From assembly GCA_031409335.1 (NCBI GenBank), contig JANNWY010000316.1, positions 1 to 64,000 on the forward strand: a DNA stretch of 64,000 nucleotides. The letters are read 5' to 3'. Position numbers and translations under genes: made by a program. Below the pieces are notes generated by a model, which made no database searches, was not told where the DNA came from, and was given only the letters and a program-made list of their open reading frames with translations. The DNA comes from Chthoniobacteraceae bacterium. GTDB lineage: Bacteria > Verrucomicrobiota > Verrucomicrobiia > Chthoniobacterales > Chthoniobacteraceae. Below are positions 29,601 to 37,975 of this stretch, piece after piece (the first letter of the stretch is position 1; every line of letters begins with the position of its first letter).

Positions 29601-32303
29601 GCGTGGGCATACCTGATCGGTGCGAACGGGACGGCGATCGACACGGCAGATACGTTTTCGATGCCGCAGGATTTCTCGCGCGGACGCGCGCCGGACGCGG
29701 GCGCGACGCTCGCGTATTTCGGATTGCCCGCGAACATTCCCACGCCCGGTGCCGCGAACGTCGCACCGCCCGCGGGTGTGCTTGCGCTGCTGAATCAACT
29801 GCGCATCACCGAAATCCACTACACGCCCGCGCCGCTGGAATTCATCGAGCTGCGAAATTTCGGCGCGACCGCGCTCGATCTCAGCGGCGTGCGTTTTACC
29901 AAAGGCATCGAATACACCTTCGCCGCCGGGACGACGCTCGCGCCCGGCGGGTACGTGGTCCTGTGCGCGGACCGCGCCGCCTTTCTCACGCAGTATGGAG
30001 TGGTGTCCTCGCTCGCGTCCGGCGTTTTGACCGGCACGCTGGACAATGCGGACGACACGCTCGTGCTCCAGCCGCCCGCGCCGTGGGATGTGAACATTCT
30101 CAGCTTCACCTACAGCGGCTCGTGGTTCGCGGAGACCGCTCTCGGGAATTCGCTCGTCGTCGCAAATGCGGGCGCGACGCCCGTGCAAAACTGGGGCCGC
30201 AGGGAAACGTGGGGCGTCTCCATGCACAACACCGGAAGCCCCGGTTTTGCGGAAAATTTCCCTCCGGTTTTCACCAAGGGCGCGGACCAGACGGTGCGCG
30301 AAGATGCCGGCCCGCAAACGATCGCGGGCTGGGCGAGCGGGATTTCGGCGGGCCCGGCGGGTGAGGCTGCGCAGGTCGTGACCTTCCTCGTGAGCACGGA
30401 TAATCCGGCGCTGTTCAGCGCGCCGCCCGCGGTCTTTGCGAATGGTGCGCTGACATATCAAGCTGGTACGAATGCGAGCGGCAGCGCGACGGTGACGGTG
30501 CGCGCGCGTGACGACGGCGGCGGCACGGACACCAGCGCGGCGCAGACTTTCACGATCACCGTGCTGCCCGTGAACGACGTGCCGGTGATCACGACCGGGC
30601 CGAGCCTCTCCCTTTTGGAAAACAGCGGGCCGCAATCCCTCGCGGGCTGGGCGACGGGCATCGGCACCGGCGCGGCAAATGAGTCTGCGCAAACGGTGAC
30701 GATCCAACTCACCGCGACGACGTCCGCGCTTTTTTCCGTGCAGCCCGCCGTGAGCGCGGATGGCACGCTCTCCTTCACGCCCGCGCCGGGCATGTCGGGC
30801 AGCACGAGCGTCGATGTGACGATCAGCGACGATGGCGGCATCGCCAATGGCGGCGCGGATCGGGCGGTGCGGAACTTCACGATCACGCTGCGCCCGATCA
30901 ATCACGCGCCCGTTTTCACGGCGGGCGCGAATGTCGTGACGGGCATCCGTAGTGCCGTGGCGCAGGATTGGGCGACGGGCATCGCGCCGGGCACGGCGGC
31001 GGAGAGCGCGCAGCTCATCGCGTTTTTCGTGACCAGCGATCATCCCGAATTGTTCACGGTTGCGCCGATGATTTCGCCGGCGGGCCGGCTCACGTTCACG
31101 GCGGGCGCGCGGGCGGGGATCGCGACGGTGACGGTGCGCTTGAAGGACGATGGCGGCACGAGCGATGGCGGCGCGGATACGAGCGCGCCGGTCGTCTTTA
31201 CGATCCGGCTCACGTCGGCGGCGCAATTCGCGGGCGTGTATCGCGGGCTCGCCGGGCCTGCGCCGGGCGCGGCGGCGGAGTTCGCGCGGCTCGGGAGCTG
31301 GCAGATCGTGGCGACGGCCACGGGCACTTTTACTGCTCGCGTTTTGCTCGGTGGAAATGCGTGGACATTCACCGGGCGGCTCACGGATTCCGGGCTCGCG
31401 GTTTTCGGACGTTTCGGATTTGCGCGGCCGCTCGTGCGCACGGGCCAGTCCACGCTGACGCTGAATTTTCACGCCGACTTTGGCAGCGCGACTCCGACCC
31501 TCGCGGGCCAAATCCTGAATGGCCCCGCGCCCTTCGCCACGCTCGCTGGCGAACGCGATGCCTACAGCGCCGCGCGTCCCGTGCCAACTTCCGTGCGCGA
31601 TGCGGCAAGCGCGGGAAATTACACCGCCGCCTTTGCCGCGCTGCCCGCGCCGAATGGCGGGCTGGACGCGGGCCGCTATCCGCGCGGTGACGGCTGGGCG
31701 ATCGTGGTGGTGAATGCGGCGGGCGTGGTGAGCGTTCGCGGCCAGCTCGCGGACGGGAGCGTGATCACCTATGCGTCCGCGCTGAATGCGGCGAACGGCT
31801 TCCCGTTTTTCCTCCCGCTCTACACGCAGCGCGGCGGCATCGGCGGCGAGATCACTTTCAACACGACCGCCGCCACGAGCCTCGAAACCTCCGGCCTCGC
31901 GTGGTATCGGCCCGCGAGCAGCGGCGCGCTCTATCCACAAGGCTGGCGCGATGGCATCGCGCTCGGTCTCGAAGGCTCGCCGCGGAATCTAGTGACCACT
32001 CCGAACGCACTGCCGCTCGGCAGCGCCGCGCTCACCTTCACCGACGGCGGCCTCACGAGCGCGGGCCTCGCGCAGCCCGTCACGATCGCAGCGGGAAATC
32101 GCGTCACGCTGCCCGCGCCGAACCCGTGGCAGATCGCGCTGGTGATGCGCCAGACCGGCGCGTGGGGCGGCTCGTTCATCCATCCTGTCACGCGCCGGAA
32201 GGTGCTTTTCCAGGGCGTGATTCTTGGCGATCGGAATCTGGGCACCGGCTATTTTTCAGGTGGAGCGGAAAGTGGTCGCGCGATCTTTGTGCCAGCGCCG
32301 TAG
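26652..32303 (+). CDS. Large secreted protein: lamin-tail domains + CotH kinase + Ig-like repeats + C-terminal beta domain
   Basis: Four LTD-like units (VINEI..EYIEL.N.G), CotH motifs (RFRGNSSR, E.ING.F, HDMD..FG), three repeated W..GI..G...E..Q..G.L(T/S)(Y/F) Ig units. Confidence 0.88.
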   Translation: MRAPRLLPSCFLFAVYCLGGWLRADVVINEIYFRTPIVPETTNAEYIELRNTGAAAVSLAGWQFAKGVSFTFAAGTSIPAGGYLVVAADLAAFSAQYPGVGNVVGNWSGSLANSGEQIKLVDALGVAQDSVNYFAEGDWAERVSEVTFGGWDWLSLANGYGRSLELRNPALDHHSGQNWAMGLTPGRANFAMSTDIEPIIRDVKHSPASPRSNQAVTVSCNLLDETPAAGLSAVLFWRDASSATPGAFTQTAMTGDGSGNFAATLPAMPNLTVVEFYVRASDGAQTRTWPAATGIGQIANCQYQVTNEVFAATDAYYLLVLTGAENAAYNATAPSDTAGNKIDRQFNTTLVVVNGADTTIRYRSQIRFRGNSSRTYQFKPLRVSLAGDDAWDGVTAFNLNPKASYLQFMGMRLLQASGVRAPDSIPVRPRRNGVESTTSSGSTPDYGRWVREEDINGDFVSAHFPEAKGGGIYKKIRPDRYWRNRGWTVPTDVNGNIDGWLKQNNSAANDWTDLTGFFATAQAVTAPHFPLAVVNDSADSTGGMLLGNGRWDGTAFSAAEMTTLETVADLDQWARWFAAMTILQDFETNISNGQDDDYTFYFAPGAGNQRRAHLVSHDMDTIFGLGDTTQAFNAVGLYDPTDNTFVFRPLLPLLGNNVTAGNAAFRQKYHDALRLLLGTVFDADNTVNPNPPFYQFVDNHLAGWVPVARMTAIKDFVRQRRTYLLGLIGSGAITPAAATSTGTLTSAHGALFISEVLARNVAALQNGAGFPDFIELRNTDAVAVDLAGMSLTDDPLVPAKYVFPAGTTIAAGAHLVVFADADAAAPGLHTGFALDQDGDTVRLLASGGALVDAVTFGPQATDRSIARTGAAQDLWALTVPTPSAVNGAPVALGNVGAVWINEIATNPDTLFTDDFLELYNPGAQPAALGGVAVTDDVINYPAQHVLPALSFMDAAGWLVLRPKGSGASPGNPSELPFKLGATTAWAYLIGANGTAIDTADTFSMPQDFSRGRAPDAGATLAYFGLPANIPTPGAANVAPPAGVLALLNQLRITEIHYTPAPLEFIELRNFGATALDLSGVRFTKGIEYTFAAGTTLAPGGYVVLCADRAAFLTQYGVVSSLASGVLTGTLDNADDTLVLQPPAPWDVNILSFTYSGSWFAETALGNSLVVANAGATPVQNWGRRETWGVSMHNTGSPGFAENFPPVFTKGADQTVREDAGPQTIAGWASGISAGPAGEAAQVVTFLVSTDNPALFSAPPAVFANGALTYQAGTNASGSATVTVRARDDGGGTDTSAAQTFTITVLPVNDVPVITTGPSLSLLENSGPQSLAGWATGIGTGAANESAQTVTIQLTATTSALFSVQPAVSADGTLSFTPAPGMSGSTSVDVTISDDGGIANGGADRAVRNFTITLRPINHAPVFTAGANVVTGIRSAVAQDWATGIAPGTAAESAQLIAFFVTSDHPELFTVAPMISPAGRLTFTAGARAGIATVTVRLKDDGGTSDGGADTSAPVVFTIRLTSAAQFAGVYRGLAGPAPGAAAEFARLGSWQIVATATGTFTARVLLGGNAWTFTGRLTDSGLAVFGRFGFARPLVRTGQSTLTLNFHADFGSATPTLAGQILNGPAPFATLAGERDAYSAARPVPTSVRDAASAGNYTAAFAALPAPNGGLDAGRYPRGDGWAIVVVNAAGVVSVRGQLADGSVITYASALNAANGFPFFLPLYTQRGGIGGEITFNTTAATSLETSGLAWYRPASSGALYPQGWRDGIALGLEGSPRNLVTTPNALPLGSAALTFTDGGLTSAGLAQPVTIAAGNRVTLPAPNPWQIALVMRQTGAWGGSFIHPVTRRKVLFQGVILGDRNLGTGYFSGGAESGRAIFVPAP

Positions 32304-32353
32304 CCGCTTGGAAAGTGGCTTCCCCTTTTCGGCGTGCTCCTTATCCTGCGCGG

Positions 32354-33619
32354 ATGTTTCTCCGCTCCATCCTCGCGTCCTTCGCGCTCTGCGCCACCGC
32401 CTTTTCCGCAACTGACGACTGGCCGCAATACCGTGGACCCAGCGGCGACGGACATTCCGCTGCGAAAGGGCTGCCGCTGACTTTCAGCGACGGCGAGCAT
32501 GTGAAATGGAAGACGGCGATTCATGGCAGAGGTTGGTCGTCGCCGGTCATCTGGAGCTCGCAAATCTGGCTCACGACGGCCACGGAAGACGGCACGGCTT
32601 TGAGCGTGGTCTGCGTGGATAAAGACTCGGGAAAGGTGCTGCGCGACGATGTGATTTTCCGCGTCGCGAAGCCGCAGTTCTGCCACAAATTTAACAGCTA
32701 CGCCTCGCCAACGCCGGTGATCGAGGACGGGCGGATTTACGCCACGTTCGGCTCGCCGGGTACGGCGTGCCTCGACACGAAGACGGGCGCGGTGCTCTGG
32801 CAGCGCACCGATTTTGCGTGCAATCACTTCCGCGGCGCGGGCTCGTCACCGATCGTGTGGGGCGATTTGTTGATCATGAATTTCGACGGCAGCGACACGC
32901 AGTTCATCGTCGCGCTCGACAAAAAGACGGGCGAAACCGTGTGGCGCACAGAGCGCTCGGTGGACTATCGCGATCTCGACAAGGACGGAAAACCCGAGGC
33001 GGAAGGCGACTGGCGCAAAGCCTACGGCACGCCGCACGTGATGATGCAGGATGGCAAGCCCGTGCTCCTGAGCAGCGGGGCGAAGGCGCACTACGCGTAC
33101 GAGCCGGCGACTGGAAAAGAAATCTGGCGCATCGACGATCACGCGCATCACAGCGCGGCGGCGCGGCCCGTCGTGGGATTGGGGATGGTGTTCATCGCGG
33201 CGGGATTTTCGCAGGGCGAAGTCTTCGCCGTGAAACTCGGCGGACAGGGCGTGCTCGATCCATCGCAGGTCGTGTGGCGGGTGAAAAAAAGCGCGCCAAA
33301 CAAACCGTCGCTGCTGCTCATCGACGATCTGATTTACATGATCAACGACGGCGGAATCGTGACCTGCGCGGATGCGAAGACCGGCGAGGCGGTGTGGTCG
33401 CAGCGCGTGCAGGGGAACTACTCGGCGTCGCCGATTTTCGCGGATGGACGCATTTACGTTTTCAGTGAGGAGGGGAAAGTGGCGGCGCTGGCGCCGGGGC
33501 GTGAGTTCAAATTGCTCGCGGAAAACAAGCTGCCGGATGGCTTCATGGCATCGCCAGCGGTTTCCGGGAAAGCGCTTTTGTTGCGGACGAAGACGCACCT
33601 TTACCGGATCGAACAGTGA
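32354..33619 (+). CDS. PQQ-binding-like beta-propeller protein
   Basis: DWPQYRGP, WKT...G.GWSSPV, repeated D..TG...W units, F.ASPA. Confidence 0.88.
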   Translation: MFLRSILASFALCATAFSATDDWPQYRGPSGDGHSAAKGLPLTFSDGEHVKWKTAIHGRGWSSPVIWSSQIWLTTATEDGTALSVVCVDKDSGKVLRDDVIFRVAKPQFCHKFNSYASPTPVIEDGRIYATFGSPGTACLDTKTGAVLWQRTDFACNHFRGAGSSPIVWGDLLIMNFDGSDTQFIVALDKKTGETVWRTERSVDYRDLDKDGKPEAEGDWRKAYGTPHVMMQDGKPVLLSSGAKAHYAYEPATGKEIWRIDDHAHHSAAARPVVGLGMVFIAAGFSQGEVFAVKLGGQGVLDPSQVVWRVKKSAPNKPSLLLIDDLIYMINDGGIVTCADAKTGEAVWSQRVQGNYSASPIFADGRIYVFSEEGKVAALAPGREFKLLAENKLPDGFMASPAVSGKALLLRTKTHLYRIEQ

Positions 33620-34746
33620 AGGCGCGATGGCCTTGGCTGGCGCTGCTGCTCACGCCTGTGATCGCGAGCGCCGACGATCACGAATCGACGTTTCACCGCG
33701 CAAAGCTGGACGAAATCGACGCGGTGATCGAACGCGCGCTCATTGAAAAAAAATGTCCGGGCGGAGTTTTCTGGATCGAACGGAAAGCGGTCGCGTATCA
33801 CAAGGCATTCGGCGCGCGCTCAGTCGAGCCGGCGCGCGAGGCGATGACGGAAGACACCATTTTCGATGCGGCATCGCTGACGAAAGTCGTGGCGACATCG
33901 CCCGCGATCCTGCTGCTGATCGAGCGCGGCCAGATGGAACTCGACGCGCCGGTGAGCCGCTACTGGCCGGAGTTTGCGGCAAATGGCAAAGCGGCGATCA
34001 CGATCCGGCATTTGCTGACGCACACTTCAGGATTGCGGCCTGGCCTTGGCGGAAAAGGCGAGGGGCGCGCGGCGGCAATGGAAGAGGTTTGCGCGGAAAA
34101 AACGCTGACTCCGCCGGGCGCGAAATTTCTCTACAGCGACATCAATTTCATCGCGCTCGGCATCCTCGTGCAGCACGTCACGCAGCGTCCGCTGGAAAAT
34201 TTTTGCGCGACGGAAATCTTCGAGCGGCTCGGGATGAGGGACACGATGTATCAGCCGCCCGCGAGTTTGGCGGGCCGAATCGCACCGACGACGCGCGGGC
34301 TGGAGCGCGGCGTCGTGCATGATCCGACGGCGCGGCGCATGGGTGGCGTCGCGGGACACGCGGGCCTTTTCACGACGGCGGCGGACCTTGCGAAATACGC
34401 GCGGATGTTTCTGAACGAAGGCGAACTCGACGGCGTGCGGATTTTTCAGGCGGCGACGGTGCGGCGGATGACGGCAGTGCAATCGGGCGCGAAAATCTGG
34501 GAGTGGCGCGGCCTCGGGTGGGACATCGACTCGCCGTACGCCGGGCAGCGGGGCGGGCGCTTTTCACTGGCGGGCTACGGGCACACCGGCTGGACGGGCG
34601 GCTCGCTCTGGGTCTCTCCGTCGGCGAAAACGTTTGTGATTTTCCTCTCGAATCGCAATCACCCGACCGAAGCTGGGAACGTCATCGGCCTGCGCAAAAC
34701 GCTCGGCACGCTCGCAGCGGAAGCGCTCGTCGATGCGCCGGAATGA
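33616..34746 (+). CDS. Serine hydrolase (class C beta-lactamase/AmpC-like)
   Basis: FDAASLTK (SxxK), LLTHTSG, YSD, GHAGLF, GHTG; overlaps the upstream stop (GTGA). Confidence 0.9.
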   Translation: MKARWPWLALLLTPVIASADDHESTFHRAKLDEIDAVIERALIEKKCPGGVFWIERKAVAYHKAFGARSVEPAREAMTEDTIFDAASLTKVVATSPAILLLIERGQMELDAPVSRYWPEFAANGKAAITIRHLLTHTSGLRPGLGGKGEGRAAAMEEVCAEKTLTPPGAKFLYSDINFIALGILVQHVTQRPLENFCATEIFERLGMRDTMYQPPASLAGRIAPTTRGLERGVVHDPTARRMGGVAGHAGLFTTAADLAKYARMFLNEGELDGVRIFQAATVRRMTAVQSGAKIWEWRGLGWDIDSPYAGQRGGRFSLAGYGHTGWTGGSLWVSPSAKTFVIFLSNRNHPTEAGNVIGLRKTLGTLAAEALVDAPE

Positions 34747-34921
34747 AGGAGCGCTCAGTCGGTATTTCGACCGGCTGCTTGGACGCTTGCGGGTATCCAT
34801 TGCCGACGGCTCATCAAAAGATTCGCGAAGGTTCACCAAGTGAAGCAGGATTCCCGCGCATGTTTTCGATTTCCAACCGTCCAGCCTCGACTCGAACGTT
34901 CATCGTGGGAGAGAGCCGCTC

Positions 34922-36430
34922 GTGATTTCACCGAGGGTCGTCATCATCGGCGCTGGCCCGGCAGGTCTGACCGCTGGCTATCTGCTCACGAAAGCGAATG
35001 TGCCGGTCGTCGTCCTCGAGGGCGATCCGCAATACGTCGGCGGGATCTCGAAGACGGCCACCTACAAGGGTTACCACTTCGACATTGGTGGACATCGGTT
35101 TTTCTCCAAATCCCAGGAGGTGGAAAACCTCTGGAGCGAAATCCTGCCGGACGACATGCTCATCCGTCCGCGCTCCTCCCGCATCCTCTATCGCAAGCAG
35201 TTCTTCAGCTATCCGCTGAAGGGAAGCGAGGCTCTGCTGAAGCTCGGCATCTTTGAGTCGCTGCGCTGTGGATTCTCCTATCTTTGGGCGCGGCTTTTCC
35301 CGGTGCGCAAACCGCGCAGTTTCGAGGATTGGGTGAGCAACAAGTTCGGCCACCGGCTATTCAGCATCTTTTTTAAGACCTACACGGAGAAAGTCTGGGG
35401 CATGAGTTGCAAGGAAATCTCGGCGGATTGGGCGGCGCAACGGATCAAAGGTCTGTCGCTCACCACGGCGGTGCTCGCCGCGCTTTTTCCAAAACGAAAG
35501 GCGCGCAGCGGGGCGGGTGTCGTCAAGACATTGATCGACTCGTTTCGGTATCCGCGGCTCGGGCCGGGAATGATGTGGGATGCGTGTGCGGCGAAAATCA
35601 TCGAGGGCGGCGGCGCGGTCGAGATGGGTCGGCGTGTCACGCAATGCCGTTTCGACGCCAGCACGCGATTGTGGACCGTGACGAGCCAGGATTCCGGTGG
35701 CCGCGAGCACACGATCGAAGGGGCTCATGTGATCTCCACCGCGCCCGTGCGCGAACTTTGCAACATGCTGGAGCCATCCGTCTCGGAAGCGACAACCCTT
35801 GCCGCGAACCGCCTGAAATATCGCGACTTCATCACGGTGGTCCTCATCCTGAAAGATCGCGGTGCGTTTTCGGACAACTGGATCTACATCCACGATCCAT
35901 CGGTCATGGTCGGTCGCGTGCAGAACTTCAAATCGTGGTCGCCCGAAATGGTGCCCGACCCCGCCATGACGTGCTACGGATTGGAATACTTTTGTTTCGA
36001 GCACTCCGCCGGTCTTTGGGCTTTTGGCGACGAACAACTCGAACAACTCGGCCGCGAGGAAATCGTGAAGCTGGGTCTGGCGCGGGCGGAGGACATCGTG
36101 GATTCCCATGTGGTCCGGCAGCGCAAGGCGTATCCCATTTACGACGACTCCTACGCCGAGCATCTCGTGACGATCCGCAAGGAACTCGAAGACCGCTTTC
36201 CCACGCTGCATCTCGTGGGCCGCAATGGGATGCACAAATACAACAACCAGGATCACTCCATGATGACCGCGATGCTCTGCGTGAAAAACATCCTGGCCGG
36301 CAAGCGAGTTTTCGACCTGTGGCAAGTCAACGAGGACGCCGAGTATCACGAGTCCGGCGATCACGGAGCTTCGGTCTCAGGGCTGCGACAGGTGCCGCAA
36401 CGCATCAAACTGATCGAGGCTGAAGTGTGA
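34922..36430 (+). CDS. FAD/NAD(P)-dependent oxidoreductase (protoporphyrinogen oxidase/UGM-like)
   Basis: IIGAGPAGL, GGI..T, FDIGGHRFF, GRNGMHKYNNQDHSM. Confidence 0.88.
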   Translation: MISPRVVIIGAGPAGLTAGYLLTKANVPVVVLEGDPQYVGGISKTATYKGYHFDIGGHRFFSKSQEVENLWSEILPDDMLIRPRSSRILYRKQFFSYPLKGSEALLKLGIFESLRCGFSYLWARLFPVRKPRSFEDWVSNKFGHRLFSIFFKTYTEKVWGMSCKEISADWAAQRIKGLSLTTAVLAALFPKRKARSGAGVVKTLIDSFRYPRLGPGMMWDACAAKIIEGGGAVEMGRRVTQCRFDASTRLWTVTSQDSGGREHTIEGAHVISTAPVRELCNMLEPSVSEATTLAANRLKYRDFITVVLILKDRGAFSDNWIYIHDPSVMVGRVQNFKSWSPEMVPDPAMTCYGLEYFCFEHSAGLWAFGDEQLEQLGREEIVKLGLARAEDIVDSHVVRQRKAYPIYDDSYAEHLVTIRKELEDRFPTLHLVGRNGMHKYNNQDHSMMTAMLCVKNILAGKRVFDLWQVNEDAEYHESGDHGASVSGLRQVPQRIKLIEAEV

Positions 36431-37965
36431 GCCGGGCGGAGGCTCATCTGCGCAGCCGCGCGCTCGTCTTTCTCATCGTCACCGCCCTCGCCTTTCCTCT
36501 CGTCCTCGGGCTCGGGATGACGAAACGCCTGAGCCACGACGAACATCAGCACGTGGCCGCCGGTGCCCTCGTCGCGCGGGAGGGATCGCTGCCCTACCGC
36601 GACTTCCCGCACTTTCACACGCCCTACCTGGCGTTTGCTTACGCGCTGGTTTTCCGGGTGAGCGATCATCTGCTGCTCACGGCCCGACTGCTCTCCGTGC
36701 TGTGCGCCACGGCGATGCTTGGGATCATCGGCAGCATCGCGTATCACTTGTTTCAAAATCGCGGGCATCTCTTCGCATCGCTCGTGTGCGCGGGAAGCGT
36801 GCTGCTGGCGCTGACGACGCAGCTTTTCACCGCGACCTCGGGCTATGCGTGGAATCACGAACCCGCTTTGTTGCTCGCGTTGCTGGCCTTCGCGGCTCAC
36901 GTCGCGGGCTTGAATTCAGCGCGGCCTCGGTGGTTCGCCGCCAGCGGCGTTTTGCTCGGACTCGCCATCGGCACGCGCATCACCTGCGCGCCGCTGGTCG
37001 CCCCGTTCGGGCTGGCGCTCTTGCTCTATCCGACGCCCCGCTGGCAGTGGGATCGAATCCTGGGCTTCACGGGCGGTCTTCTGCTCGGGCTGGCGGGACT
37101 CTTCTACTTTTTCGCCGTCGCGCCGGAGCAGGCATTCTTTGGCAATTTCGATTTTGCCGGGGTCAATATCCTCTATCGCTTCGACACCGGCGAACCGCGG
37201 ACGATGACCATCCTCAAGAAACTGCGGTTCTTTTTCAAACTGATCATTCGCCCGGACGTCGCGCTTTTCGCTGCTGGTTTGCTGCCAGTCCTCGCAGCAC
37301 ATTTCGCCAACCGGCAGACGGGATCGCGGCTGCGCTTTGAGGTGCGATTCATCCTCCTCCTCCTGCCCTTCGTGCTCATCGGTTCCTTCGCCCCCTCACC
37401 GCTCTTCGATCAATACTTCTATCCACTCATCCCGTTTCTCCTGCTCGCCGGGCTTTATGCGTTCGCGTCGATTCCACGCGAGAGTCCCTGGTTTCGCCGG
37501 ACCCTGCGCGCGACCGCGACCGCTGTTTTGCTTTCCATCGCGATGGGCGTGCGCGGCTTCGAGGATCTGCCCAATTTCCTCGCGACAGAAAAGTGGCAGG
37601 GGATAAGGCTGCACCGCCTCGTGAAAGGGATCCGGGCACACCTGCCGCGCGGGAGAGTTTTGACGCTCGCACCAATCTATCCGCTGGAGGCGGGTCTTTC
37701 GATCTACCCCGCATTTGCCACGGGACCATTTGCCTGGCGTGTCTCGCCCTATATCGAACCGGAAAAAGCCGCGCGCCTCGGCATCATCAGCCCGGCGACA
37801 TTGGAGCAATCGCTCCAAGCCGCTCCGCCCGAAGGTGTGCTCGTCGGTTTTGAGAAAACCGGAGAAGACCCGCTTTCCGAATACGCCACCCAGCATGGCT
37901 ATGAGTCGCTGCTGCTGGCGGATGAAAATCAATTGTGGGTCCGCATCCATCCCAGGCTGGAATAG
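36427..37965 (+). CDS. GT-C (ArnT/PMT-like) membrane glycosyltransferase
   Basis: HDE after TM1, G.LPYRDF..HTP, multiple TM helices, QYFYP. Confidence 0.75.
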   Translation: MSRAEAHLRSRALVFLIVTALAFPLVLGLGMTKRLSHDEHQHVAAGALVAREGSLPYRDFPHFHTPYLAFAYALVFRVSDHLLLTARLLSVLCATAMLGIIGSIAYHLFQNRGHLFASLVCAGSVLLALTTQLFTATSGYAWNHEPALLLALLAFAAHVAGLNSARPRWFAASGVLLGLAIGTRITCAPLVAPFGLALLLYPTPRWQWDRILGFTGGLLLGLAGLFYFFAVAPEQAFFGNFDFAGVNILYRFDTGEPRTMTILKKLRFFFKLIIRPDVALFAAGLLPVLAAHFANRQTGSRLRFEVRFILLLLPFVLIGSFAPSPLFDQYFYPLIPFLLLAGLYAFASIPRESPWFRRTLRATATAVLLSIAMGVRGFEDLPNFLATEKWQGIRLHRLVKGIRAHLPRGRVLTLAPIYPLEAGLSIYPAFATGPFAWRVSPYIEPEKAARLGIISPATLEQSLQAAPPEGVLVGFEKTGEDPLSEYATQHGYESLLLADENQLWVRIHPRLE

Positions 37966-37975
37966 CTGCGCGCCT

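Noticed and set aside
27354..31940. 1528-aa minus-strand ORF
   Set aside because: Antisense shadow of the LTD/CotH gene; Arg/Ala-rich with no motifs, as expected in high-GC DNA.
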